Assembly (NCBI GenBank): GCA_035293845.1
Contig: DATGMB010000240.1
Location: forward strand, 1,476-65,475
Source of the DNA: Bryobacteraceae bacterium
GTDB taxonomy: Bacteria; Acidobacteriota; Terriglobia; Bryobacterales; Bryobacteraceae
DNA: 64,000 bases
Direction of reading: 5' to 3'
Made by a program: the position numbers and the translations under genes. Below, one piece after another: positions 17,684 through 26,664 of the stretch. Every line of letters starts with the position of its first letter. Positions within the stretch are counted from its first letter, which is position 1. The notes under the pieces are model-generated. The model saw only the letters and a program-made list of their open reading frames with translations, did not search any database and was not told the origin of the DNA.

Positions 17684-19078
17684 ATGATGCGACATTCCAT
17701 ACTATTTCGTGCGTTCTGGTTAAGTTTTGTGCCGGCCATGTTGCTGGCGCAGGGCACGCCGGACCCGCAGGCCAGGATCGCGGCGCTCGAGACCGCGGCG
17801 CGCAACGCGCAGAGCGCCGGAGACAACGCCTGGATGCTGGTGAGCTCCGCCCTGGTGCTGATGATGACCGGTCCCGGCCTGGCGCTCTTTTACGGCGGAC
17901 TGGTGCGGCGCAAGAACGTGCTCGGCACCATGATGCAGAGCTTCGTGCTGATGGCCGTCGTGACGGTGCTGTGGGCGGTGGTGGGGTACAGCCTGGCTTT
18001 CGGCTCATTTTCGCCGGTCGTGGGCGATTTGCGCTATGCCTTCCTGCACAACGTCGGCGCGGCGCCGAATCCGGATTACGCGGGCACCATTCCGCAGCAG
18101 ACGTTCATGGTCTACCAGTTGATGTTCGCGATCATCACGCCGGCGCTGATTTCCGGTGCGTTCGCCGAGCGGATGAAATTCAGCGCCATGCTGCTGTTCA
18201 CGGTGCTGTGGAGTCTGTTCATCTATTTCCCGATGGCGCACATGGTGTGGGGCAAGGGCGGGCTGCTGAATGCGTTTTTGGGCGGATCGATTCCGTGCTT
18301 CGATTTCGCCGGCGGGACGGTGGTGCACATCACCTCGGGCGTTTCGGCGCTGGTGTGCGCGCTGTATCTGGGCAGGCGCCTCGGTTACCCGTCGGTGCCG
18401 TTCAAGCCGCACAACCTGGTGCTCAGCTTCATCGGCGCCTGCCTGCTGTGGGTGGGCTGGTTCGGGTTCAACGCGGGGAGCGCGCTGGCGGCATCGAGCC
18501 TGGCGACCAGCGCATTTGTGGCGACGCATTTCGGCGCGGCGGCAGCGGCGCTGGGCTGGATGGCGGCCGAATGGATCGGGCACGGCAAGCCGAGCGTGCT
18601 GGGCGGAATCTCGGGCGCGGTCGCGGGGCTGGTGGCGATTACGCCGGCATCGGGCTTTGTGGAGCCGTTTCCGGCGCTGCTGATCGGCGCCTGCGCGGGC
18701 GTGGCCTGCTACTTCATGGTCACAGCCGTGAAGAGCAAGTTCGGGTATGACGATTCGCTCGATGCGTTCGGTGTGCACGGGGCCGGCGGAACGCTGGGGG
18801 CCATCCTCACGGGCGTGTTTGCCACCAGTGCGGTCAATGACGGGCTGAAGGATGCCGCGGGCAAGGTCCTGCCGCTGGGGCTGGTGGACGGCAAGCCGGT
18901 TCAGGTGTTATACCAAGCCGTGGGCGTGGCGATCGCGTGGGTGCTCGCCATCGTGGGGACGATTGTGATCCTGAAGATCTGCGACGCGCTGGTGGGCGTG
19001 CGGATCTCCAAGGAACAGGAGGTCGAGGGGCTCGACCTGAGCATGCACGGGGAGGAAGGATATATTTTCGAGGCGTAG
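17684..19078 (+). CDS. amtB: Ammonium transporter
   Basis: The signal-like N-terminus is MMRHSILFRAFWLSFVPAMLLAQG. Amt motifs are AFAERMKFSAMLLF, DFAGGTVVHITSG and FGVHGAGGTLGAI. Confidence 0.9.
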   Translation: MMRHSILFRAFWLSFVPAMLLAQGTPDPQARIAALETAARNAQSAGDNAWMLVSSALVLMMTGPGLALFYGGLVRRKNVLGTMMQSFVLMAVVTVLWAVVGYSLAFGSFSPVVGDLRYAFLHNVGAAPNPDYAGTIPQQTFMVYQLMFAIITPALISGAFAERMKFSAMLLFTVLWSLFIYFPMAHMVWGKGGLLNAFLGGSIPCFDFAGGTVVHITSGVSALVCALYLGRRLGYPSVPFKPHNLVLSFIGACLLWVGWFGFNAGSALAASSLATSAFVATHFGAAAAALGWMAAEWIGHGKPSVLGGISGAVAGLVAITPASGFVEPFPALLIGACAGVACYFMVTAVKSKFGYDDSLDAFGVHGAGGTLGAILTGVFATSAVNDGLKDAAGKVLPLGLVDGKPVQVLYQAVGVAIAWVLAIVGTIVILKICDALVGVRISKEQEVEGLDLSMHGEEGYIFEA

Positions 19079-19081
19079 CTC

Positions 19082-19420
19082 ATGAACAAGATCGAAGCGA
19101 TTATCCAGCCGTTCAAGCTCGACGAGGTGAAGGAGTCTCTCAAGGCCATCGGCATCGATGGCATGACCATTACGGAAGTGCGGGGCCACGGCCGGCAGAA
19201 GGGCCATAAAGAGGTCTACCGCGGCCAGGAATACAATGTCGACCTGTTGCCCAAGGTGAAGATCGAGCTGGTGGTGCCGGCGGAGCGCAAGGACGAGGTG
19301 ATCCGTACGCTCAGCTTCGCGGCGCGCACCGGCAAGATCGGCGACGGCAAGATCTTCGTCTACGAGGTGGCCGAGGCCATTCGGATCCGCAATGACGACC
19401 GTGGAGACGCCGCCCTCTGA
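19082..19420 (+). CDS. glnK: Nitrogen regulatory protein P-II
   Basis: The 112-aa product reads MNKIEAIIQPFKLDEVKESL...TITEVRGHGRQKGHKEVYRGQEY (T-loop Tyr51). It lies 3 nt downstream of amtB. Confidence 0.95.
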   Translation: MNKIEAIIQPFKLDEVKESLKAIGIDGMTITEVRGHGRQKGHKEVYRGQEYNVDLLPKVKIELVVPAERKDEVIRTLSFAARTGKIGDGKIFVYEVAEAIRIRNDDRGDAAL

Positions 19421-21773
19421 CCTGCTGACGCTGGCGGAGCGGACGGCACAGGTGGACCGGCTGGCGGCAGAGGTAGAGGATCTGCCGCACCAGGGATTTG
19501 CTCTGCTGGCGGTCGGGGGCTACGGGCGCCGGCACCTGTTTCCGTATTCCGATATCGACTTGCTGCTGCTGTTCGAATCCGAGCGGCTGATGACGGCGTC
19601 GAAGCCCGCCATCGCGGCGTACCTGCAGCGGCTCTGGGATGCGGGGCTGCGGGTGAGCCAGTCCGTGCGGACGCCGGCGGAGTGCCTGCAGGTCCACCCG
19701 GATAATATCGAATTGAACGTCAGCCTGCTCGACCAGCGGTACCTGGCGGGCGACCGCGCGCTATACGCGGAGCTCGCGCGCCGGCTGCCGCACTTCCTGC
19801 AGGCGAGCCGCGAGCCGCTGGCCCGCAACCTGACGCAACTGGCGCGGCAGCGCCACGCGCGCTACGCGGACACCTTCTACCATCTGGAGCCGAACGTCAA
19901 GGAAGGGCCGGGCGGGCTGCGCGATTATCAGCTCCTGCGCTGGCTCGACCAGTTACGGGACAGCGGGGGGAGCGAGCCCCCCGCCGAGTTGCGCGAGGCG
20001 TTCGCCTCGCTGGCGCACATCCGCTGCTTCCTCCACCAGCAGGCCGGGCGCGACCAGAACGTGCTCACCTTCGACGCGCAGGATGCGCTGGCCGAGCACG
20101 AGCACGCGGGCGACTCCGCCGCGTGGATGCGCGGCTACTACCGGCACGCGCGCGCGGTGTTCCGCGCCGCGGCGCGAGCGATGGAAAATTCCGAAGCGCA
20201 CGCGAGCGCCCTGTTCGCGCAGTTCCGCGACCGGCGCTCGCGGCTCAGCAATGCCGATTTCAGCGTGCTGCGCGGGCAGGCGCATTTCCGGACGCCGCAA
20301 CGGCTCGCGGCGCAGCCGGAATTCGTGCTGGAGCTGTTCGAATTCACCGCGCGGCACGGTGTGCGGCCATCCTTCGAAGCCGAGCAGCAGATCCAGGACC
20401 GGCTGCCGCAGTTGCGCCGCCATTTCGCGGAGCCGCCGGGCGCGCCGCTGTGGCCGGCGGTTTCCCGCATTCTGGAGCTGCCGCACGCTGCCGCCGCGGT
20501 GCGCGCCATGCACGACTGCGGGGTGCTGGGCGCGATTTTTCCGGAGCTGGATGGAATCGAGTGCCTGGTCGTGCGGGACTTCTATCATCGATACACGGTC
20601 GATGAGCACACGCTGGTGGCGCTCGACAAACTCGCGGCGGCGGACGGGCCATTCCGCGATCTGCTGGCGGAAGTTCGGGCGCCCGCGGTGCTCCGCTTCG
20701 CCTTGCTCTTCCACGATTCGGGCAAAGCGGCCGGGGAAGGCCACGTGGATGCGGGCCTCCGGCTGGCGGAAGCCGCGGCGCGCCGCATCGGCATGCCGCC
20801 GCCGGAGCGCGATACGGTCTTGTTCCTGATCCGCCGTCACCTGGATCTCTCCGCGGCGATGCGGTCGCGCGACCTGTTCGACCCGGAAGCGATCCACGCG
20901 CTGGCGCAGCAGGTGGAAACGGTGGAGCGGCTGAAGGCGCTGGCGCTCCTCACGTACGCCGATATCAGCGCCGTGAATCCCGCCGCGATGACGCCGTGGC
21001 GCGCCGAGCAGCTCTGGCAGCTCTACCTGATGCTTCACGCGGAATTCACGCGGGAGCTGGAATCGGAGCGCGTGGAGGCAGCGGATTCCGACTTCCTGCG
21101 CGGTCTGCCGACGCGGTACCTGCGGACCCACACGCCGGAAGAGATCGAGATGCACCTGGCGCTCGAAGCGCGCCGGGCGAGCGCGCCGGGCGGCGTGGCC
21201 GTGGATTTGCGGCGCCTGGACGCTGCGTGGCAGCTTACGCTGATCGCAGGCGACCGCCCCGGCCTGTTCGCTGCCGCCGCCGGGACCATCTCCAGCTTCG
21301 GGATGAACATCGTCCGGGCGGAGGCATTCGCCAACAGCCAGGGCCTGGTGCTCGATACATTCGCGTTCGAGGATCCGCACCGCACGCTGGACCTCAACCC
21401 GCCGGAAGTGGAAAGGCTGCGCGCCACGGCCGAACGCGTGATTGCGGGCAAGCTGAACGTGCGCGATCTGCTGCGCCATCGGCCGAAACCGCCGCTGCCG
21501 AGCCGCAAAGCGGCATTCGCGCCGCGGATTTCGTTCGATTCGGACGCCAGCCGGTCCGCCACGCTGGTGGAAATTGTCGCGCAGGACCGGCCGGGGCTGC
21601 TGTACGATTTGGCCTCGGCGATTTCAGCAAGCGGGGCCAATATCGAGGTGGTGTTGATCGATACGCAGGCGCATAAGGCGATCGACGTGTTCTACGTGAC
21701 CGCTGGCGGGCACAAGCTGGATGAGCAGCGGCAGGCGGCGCTGGGCGAGGCGCTGCGTAAGGCGGCGGGATAG
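19392..21773 (+). CDS. glnD: [Protein-PII] uridylyltransferase/uridylyl-removing enzyme
   Basis: The nucleotidyltransferase motif is GGYGRRHLFPYSDIDLLLLF and the HD domain reads LLFHDSGKA. Two C-terminal ACT-like repeats follow. The ORF overlaps glnK by 29 nt, so the true start is uncertain. Confidence 0.9.
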   Translation: MTTVETPPSDLLTLAERTAQVDRLAAEVEDLPHQGFALLAVGGYGRRHLFPYSDIDLLLLFESERLMTASKPAIAAYLQRLWDAGLRVSQSVRTPAECLQVHPDNIELNVSLLDQRYLAGDRALYAELARRLPHFLQASREPLARNLTQLARQRHARYADTFYHLEPNVKEGPGGLRDYQLLRWLDQLRDSGGSEPPAELREAFASLAHIRCFLHQQAGRDQNVLTFDAQDALAEHEHAGDSAAWMRGYYRHARAVFRAAARAMENSEAHASALFAQFRDRRSRLSNADFSVLRGQAHFRTPQRLAAQPEFVLELFEFTARHGVRPSFEAEQQIQDRLPQLRRHFAEPPGAPLWPAVSRILELPHAAAAVRAMHDCGVLGAIFPELDGIECLVVRDFYHRYTVDEHTLVALDKLAAADGPFRDLLAEVRAPAVLRFALLFHDSGKAAGEGHVDAGLRLAEAAARRIGMPPPERDTVLFLIRRHLDLSAAMRSRDLFDPEAIHALAQQVETVERLKALALLTYADISAVNPAAMTPWRAEQLWQLYLMLHAEFTRELESERVEAADSDFLRGLPTRYLRTHTPEEIEMHLALEARRASAPGGVAVDLRRLDAAWQLTLIAGDRPGLFAAAAGTISSFGMNIVRAEAFANSQGLVLDTFAFEDPHRTLDLNPPEVERLRATAERVIAGKLNVRDLLRHRPKPPLPSRKAAFAPRISFDSDASRSATLVEIVAQDRPGLLYDLASAISASGANIEVVLIDTQAHKAIDVFYVTAGGHKLDEQRQAALGEALRKAAG

Positions 21774-21784
21774 CGGGCGCCGGG

Positions 21785-22222
21785 TCAGTCGCGCCGGTAG
21801 ATGCGCTTGATGCGGTGTTGCGATCCAACCAGTCCGAAGGCGAGGCCGTCGCCGGCCGTGCCGATCGATGGGGCAACGTAGTTGGGGTGAGCCGCTATCG
21901 CCGCCAGCGGGAAAAGGGCCGCTGCCGTAGCGCCGGCCGCGATGCCGCCGAAGAGCAGCGCCCGGTGGACACGTTCGGCGTGCGAACGGAAAATATAGAC
22001 GTCATCCACGTCGGCCTTCTGCACCGTCACCTGGCCGGTCTGTGTTTCCAGGGTGACCGCGTCCGCGCTGGCGCGAACGAATTTCCCCGCGTTCGTGACG
22101 AAGCCCGAGGTCACCATGATCGGAGCCCCGGCTTGCATCGCCTCCACTTGCTGCCAATCGGCCCGGCCGGCGCCCGCCAGCAGGAACAGGCCGCTAACGA
22201 GAAGAATCAGTTGCTTGGGCAT
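21785..22222 (-). CDS. Hypothetical secreted/membrane protein (145 aa)
   Basis: The product has a signal peptide (MPKQLILLVSGLFLLAGAG) and a C-terminal Gly/Ala-rich hydrophobic segment. I recognise no family. Confidence 0.5.
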   Translation of the reverse strand: MPKQLILLVSGLFLLAGAGRADWQQVEAMQAGAPIMVTSGFVTNAGKFVRASADAVTLETQTGQVTVQKADVDDVYIFRSHAERVHRALLFGGIAAGATAAALFPLAAIAAHPNYVAPSIGTAGDGLAFGLVGSQHRIKRIYRRD

Positions 22223-22381
22223 CGGTAGAGATTGTATGCAATTCCGGAAGCGAAGGGAAGCCCGGGTCGCAGGCCTTGGCGTTATGGCTAATCGGGCATC
22301 AGCACCGGGATGACCCGGTTACTGTGCCGGCAGGAGGCACGGCAGGGCTAAGTCGCGCAGGCTCGCGCAACACGCTCACGA

Positions 22382-22524
22382 CCAGGGCCAAAAAACAATC
22401 CGCTATCCTGAAGAGAACGGGCATGCGGGACCCCATCCACATTATCGGCGGCGGGCTGGCGGGCAGCGAGGCGACGTGGCCGGCAGCGCTGGACGAGGCG
22501 CTGCGGAAGGCTGCCGGGTAGCGG
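22382..22524 (+). pseudogene. Chimeric remnant: copy of the trmFO promoter and first 19 codons fused in frame to a copy of the last ~13 codons of glnD
   Basis: 22382-22480 aligns to 22954-23050 at about 88% identity (58-nt coding part: 4 mismatches). 22482-22524 aligns to 21734-21776 (37/43). The encoded peptide is MRDPIHIIGGGLAGSEATW|PAALDEALRKAAG*. Confidence 0.75.
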
Positions 22525-22536
22525 ATCGAGGCCGAT

Positions 22537-22911
22537 ATGCAGCGGCTCCGAGGCAGAGTGGTCAGCGGGCGCGCGAATTTCGGCTTTTGGATCGAACGCC
22601 TGAATGCGTTCTACGCTGAGAAGACCGGTATGCGGCTGTACCCAGGAACGCTCAATATCGAACTGCCCGCTCCGTATTCTCTACCGGCGAGTGTCCTGCG
22701 GCTAGAAGCGAAGGAGTATGGAGGAACCGTCTCGGTGAGCATTGTACCGTGCCGGATTTTCGATCGCCCTGCTTTTCTGCTCCGCACGGATCCAAATGAA
22801 CAAGGTACAGGGCATCACTCGCGGAACATCATCGAGATCGCGACGGATGTTCGGCTGCGGGATATTTTTCAACTGAAGGACGGAGATTGGGTAGAGGTCG
22901 AATTGCCGTGA
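22537..22911 (+). CDS. DUF120 / archaeal-type CTP-dependent riboflavin kinase-like protein (124 aa)
   Basis: The product reads LRGRVVSGRANFGFW...RLYPGTLNIEL...VPCRIFDRPAFLLR...IIEIATDVRLRDIFQLKDGDWVEVEL, which matches the RibK-like pattern G.V.SG...PGTLN...PC.I...EI.A...LR..L.LKDGD.V. GC is markedly lower than in the flanks. Confidence 0.7.
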   Translation: MQRLRGRVVSGRANFGFWIERLNAFYAEKTGMRLYPGTLNIELPAPYSLPASVLRLEAKEYGGTVSVSIVPCRIFDRPAFLLRTDPNEQGTGHHSRNIIEIATDVRLRDIFQLKDGDWVEVELP

Positions 22912-22992
22912 ACCTGCCTTCTGGCGAGCAAACAGGCTCATCACGACCCCGAGCCAGGGCGAAAATCAATCGGCTATCCTGAAGGTTCGGGC

Positions 22993-24327
22993 ATGCGGGA
23001 ACCCATCCACATCATCGGCGGCGGGCTGGCCGGCAGCGAGGCGGCGTGGCAGATTGCGCGGCGGGGCGGGCGGGCCATCCTCTACGAAATGCGTCCGGTG
23101 CGGCCCACACCGGCGCATCGCTCGGACCGCCTGGCCGAGCTGGTGTGCAGCAACTCGCTCAAATCGGAGCAGGAGAACACCGCGTCCTGGCTGCTCAAGG
23201 AGGAGCTGCGGCGCTGCGATGCGCTGCTGCTGCGCGCGGCCGAAAAGGCGCGCGTGCCCGGCGGCCACGCGCTCACGGTGGACCGCGAGATCTTTTCCGC
23301 CGAGGTGACGGCGGCGGTGGCGGGCGAGCCGCGCATCGAGCTGCGGCGCGAGGAAGTCACGCGCATCCCGGAGGGCATCGTCATCATCGCCACCGGCCCG
23401 CTCACCAGCGATGCGCTGGCGCAGGAGATCGGCCGGCTGACCGGCTCGGACCGCTTGTTTTTCTTCGACAGCATCAGCCCGATCGTGGAGGCCGATTCGG
23501 TCGATACCTCGATCGCATTCTGGGCTTCGCGCTATGGCAAATCGAGCACGGGCACGGACGATTACCTGAACTGCCCGCTAGATCGCGAGCAGTACGAGCG
23601 CTTCGTGGACGAGCTGCTGCGTGCGGAAAGTGTGGCTTCCCACATCGAGGAGAGCGGCACGCCCTTTTTCGAAGCCTGCCTGCCGATCGAAGAGCTGGCG
23701 CGGCGCGGGCGCGATACGCTCCGTTTCGGTCCCATGAAGCCGATGGGGCTCATCGACCCGCGCACCGGACGGAGACCCTGGGCCGCGGTGCAGTTGCGGC
23801 AGGAAAACCTGCGCGCCGACAGCTTCAATCTGGTCGGGTTTCAGAACCACCTGAAGTTCGGCGAGCAGGCGCGCATCCTCCGCATGATTCCCGGCCTCGA
23901 GCGCGCCGAGTTCCTGCGCTACGGCCAGATCCATCGCAACACGTACATCAACGCGCCGGCGCTCCTCACGCCAACGCTGCAACTGCGCGCGCGGCCGGAA
24001 GTGTTTTTCGCCGGTCAGATTTCGGGCGTGGAGGGTTACGTGGAGTCCATCGCGACCGGCCTGATGGCCGGGATGCATGCCGCCGCGCTCGCCTCCGGAA
24101 GCGAGCCCCGGCCGCTCGCTGCCGCCACCGCGATGGGCTCGCTCTGCCGCTACGTCTCGGGCGCCGACCCCAATCGCTACCAGCCGGCCAACATCACCTT
24201 CGATCTGCTGCCGCAGCTCGATCCCGAGACGTATCAGCGGCTGCGGCACGACAAGAAGGCGCGCCACGCCGAGGTCTGCCGCCGCGCTCTGGAAGCGCTG
24301 GATCAATACCTGCATGTCCACGTCTGA
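22993..24327 (+). CDS. trmFO: Methylenetetrahydrofolate--tRNA-(uracil54-C5)-methyltransferase
   Basis: The FAD motif is IHIIGGGLAGSEAAWQIA. Family motifs include ELVCSNSLKS and VFFAGQISGVEGYVES. The product is 444 aa. Confidence 0.92.
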   Translation: MREPIHIIGGGLAGSEAAWQIARRGGRAILYEMRPVRPTPAHRSDRLAELVCSNSLKSEQENTASWLLKEELRRCDALLLRAAEKARVPGGHALTVDREIFSAEVTAAVAGEPRIELRREEVTRIPEGIVIIATGPLTSDALAQEIGRLTGSDRLFFFDSISPIVEADSVDTSIAFWASRYGKSSTGTDDYLNCPLDREQYERFVDELLRAESVASHIEESGTPFFEACLPIEELARRGRDTLRFGPMKPMGLIDPRTGRRPWAAVQLRQENLRADSFNLVGFQNHLKFGEQARILRMIPGLERAEFLRYGQIHRNTYINAPALLTPTLQLRARPEVFFAGQISGVEGYVESIATGLMAGMHAAALASGSEPRPLAAATAMGSLCRYVSGADPNRYQPANITFDLLPQLDPETYQRLRHDKKARHAEVCRRALEALDQYLHVHV

Positions 24328-25258
24328 GGATCGGGCCGGGCATGCCCGGCCCCTACAGCCGGCCTCGGAGCTTGCGCGCCAGATCGATCGGTACCGGCAA
24401 GAACTGGTGCGGACCGGCGCCTCGCCCCACACGGTGGACGCTTACGCCGCGGACCTGGCGCAGTTCCTCGAATTCCTCTCGCCGCCCGAAGCCGCGCCGC
24501 CCGCGCCATCGGCGGTCGATCTGCTGATCCTGCGCGAGTGGCTGGCGTGGCTTTACGGGCAGAAGCTCGATCCAGTCACCATCCGGCGCAAGCTGGCGGC
24601 GGTGCGCGGGCTGTTCCGCTTCATGCTGCGCGAAGGCGCGGTCCCGGTCAACGTGGCGCGGCTGGTGCGGACGCCACGCGCGGCGAAACGCCTGCCGGAA
24701 GTGCCTTCGGCCGAACAGGTGAACAGCCTGCTCGATGGGGTGGCCGCGCGCAAGCTCGAGCGGCCGCACCCGGCGCGCGACCGCGCCATTTTCGAGCTGC
24801 TCTACGGTTGCGGCATGCGGGTCAGCGAGCTCGCCGGATTGAACTTGGAGGACATCGACCGCACCGCCGGCTGGCTGCGGCTGCGCGGCAAAGGCCGCAA
24901 GGAGCGCCAGGTGCCGCTGCCGCGCCAGGCGGCGGAGGCGCTGGAGCGGTATCTGGGCGAGCGGCCCGTGGTCCGCGACGAGCCGGCCGTGCTTCTGAAC
25001 CACCGCGGACGACGCCTCACGCGGCAAGGCATCGCCGGGATCGTCAAGCTCTACGCCACGTGCCTGGCCGGCGACCCCTCGCTGCATCCTCACAGCTTCC
25101 GCCACGCGTATGCCACGCATCTGCTTTCGGCCGGAGCCGATCTGCGCGCGATTCAGGAGTTGCTCGGCCACGCCCGGCTTTCCACCACGCAGAAGTACAC
25201 GCAGGTCTCGCTCACCGATCTGATGGCGGTGTACGATAAGGCGCACCCCAAGGCGTAG
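24314..25258 (+). CDS. xerC: Tyrosine recombinase XerC/XerD
   Basis: I chose the start at MSTSEDRAG, which overlaps the trmFO end by 14 nt. Catalytic motifs are ARDRAIFELLYGCGMRVSE, HSFRHAYATHLL and LGHARLSTTQKYTQV. Confidence 0.85.
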   Translation: MSTSEDRAGHARPLQPASELARQIDRYRQELVRTGASPHTVDAYAADLAQFLEFLSPPEAAPPAPSAVDLLILREWLAWLYGQKLDPVTIRRKLAAVRGLFRFMLREGAVPVNVARLVRTPRAAKRLPEVPSAEQVNSLLDGVAARKLERPHPARDRAIFELLYGCGMRVSELAGLNLEDIDRTAGWLRLRGKGRKERQVPLPRQAAEALERYLGERPVVRDEPAVLLNHRGRRLTRQGIAGIVKLYATCLAGDPSLHPHSFRHAYATHLLSAGADLRAIQELLGHARLSTTQKYTQVSLTDLMAVYDKAHPKA

Positions 25259-25263
25259 CCTGC

Positions 25264-26664
25264 ATGTCCCTCGCCCTGGCAGATCTGAAACGGGAATTCC
25301 GTCCCATGCTGCGGCTGGCCGCGCCGCTGGCAGCGGCCGAGGTCGGCGGGATGGTGATGGGCATCGTGGATACCATCATGGCCGGGCCGCTCGGCCCGGC
25401 GGCGGTGGGAGCGGGAATCCTGGGGAACATGATCTTCTATCCCCTGGCCAGCAGCTTCATCGGCATGCTGCTCGGCATGGATACGCTGGTGGCGCAATCG
25501 CATGGCGCGGGCGATCCGCGCGACTGCCGCCGCACCCTGATCAATGGATTCTGGCTCGGCCTGCTGATCACGCCGTTGATCGCCGGCCTGATCCTGGCGG
25601 CTCTGCCGATCATCGCCGCCTCTGGCGCCAATCCGCGGGTCATGGAGCAGTGCACGCCCTACGCGCACGCGCTGCTGTGGGGAATTCCGGCGTTTATGCT
25701 CGCCACGGCGTTCCGGCGCTATCTGCAGGCGGTGGATATCGTGCACCCGATCACGTTCGCGCTCGTCAGCGCCAACGCGGTCAATGTCGCGGGCGACTGG
25801 GCGCTGATGTACGGCCATCTGGGCGCGCGCGCGATGGGCCTGGCGGGATCCGGATGGTCGACCTCCCTTTCGCGCTTGTACATGATGCTGGTGCTCGGGG
25901 GCGCGGTGGTGTGGAACGAGCGGCGAACGGGCGGACTGCTCTTCCGGATGAGCTGGCGGCCGGATCTGGCGCGCCTCCGCCGGCTCATCGCGCTCGGGCT
26001 GCCGGCCACCGGGCAGATTGCGTTCGAAGGCGCGGTCTTCGGCGTCGTCACGGTGCTGGCGGCCCGGCTGGACGCGGTCTCTCTTGCCGCCCACGGGATC
26101 GCTGTGCAGGTCATCGCCACCACATTCATGGTGCCGCTGGGGATCAGTTCCGCCGCCGCGGTGCGGGTCGGGCAGGCAATGGGACGCAAGGACGCGCGCG
26201 GCGTGGCCGCGGCCGGATGGGCGGCCCTGCTGCTCAGCAGCCTGTTCATGGGCGCGGCCGGCGTCGCGCTGTGGACTGTGCCTCGCTGGATCGTGCGCGT
26301 ATTCATCGCCGATGCCGCCGTGATCGCATCGGGCGCGGTGCTGCTGCGCATCGCCGCGTTCTTCGAGCTGTTCGACGGCCTGCAGATCGTGGCCACCGGC
26401 GCGCTAAGGGGCGTTGGCGACACGCGCACGCCGATGATCGCGCACCTCATCGGCTACTGGGTCATCGGGATGCCGGTGGCGTATGCGCTTTGCTTCCGAT
26501 TCGGCTGGGGCGCGCCCGGAATCTGGGTCGGGCTGAGCGCCGCGTTGATCCTGATCGGAGCGGCGCTGGTGTGGGTGTGGCGATCGGCGGCCCTCAAAAA
26601 CTCCAGAGAACGCTCGTATACCCCGTATTCGCGTGAAAGTTCTGGTAGTAGCCCAATAAATTGA
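25264..26664 (+). CDS. MATE-family multidrug/toxin efflux transporter
   Basis: The 466-aa product has a ~12-TM profile. Its N-terminus LKREFRPMLRLAAPLAAAEVGGMVMGIVDTIMAG is typical of NorM/DinF-type MATE proteins. Confidence 0.85.
   Translation: MSLALADLKREFRPMLRLAAPLAAAEVGGMVMGIVDTIMAGPLGPAAVGAGILGNMIFYPLASSFIGMLLGMDTLVAQSHGAGDPRDCRRTLINGFWLGLLITPLIAGLILAALPIIAASGANPRVMEQCTPYAHALLWGIPAFMLATAFRRYLQAVDIVHPITFALVSANAVNVAGDWALMYGHLGARAMGLAGSGWSTSLSRLYMMLVLGGAVVWNERRTGGLLFRMSWRPDLARLRRLIALGLPATGQIAFEGAVFGVVTVLAARLDAVSLAAHGIAVQVIATTFMVPLGISSAAAVRVGQAMGRKDARGVAAAGWAALLLSSLFMGAAGVALWTVPRWIVRVFIADAAVIASGAVLLRIAAFFELFDGLQIVATGALRGVGDTRTPMIAHLIGYWVIGMPVAYALCFRFGWGAPGIWVGLSAALILIGAALVWVWRSAALKNSRERSYTPYSRESSGSSPIN

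Noticed and set aside
22276-22521. An 81-aa ORF that could be called as a small gene.
   Set aside because: Its only meaningful parts are a diverged copy of the trmFO N-terminus and a copy of the glnD C-terminus joined in frame. I treat it as a recombination scar, not a gene.
24077-24313. N-terminal extensions of several track ORFs: xerC from 24077, lysC from 50424, the isomerase from 62334, the barrel from 28894, the FHA phosphatase from 14551, and others.
   Set aside because: The extensions overlap the preceding gene in another frame, are low-complexity, and internal starts with an RBS and/or signal peptide give canonical N-termini. I trimmed the coordinates accordingly.
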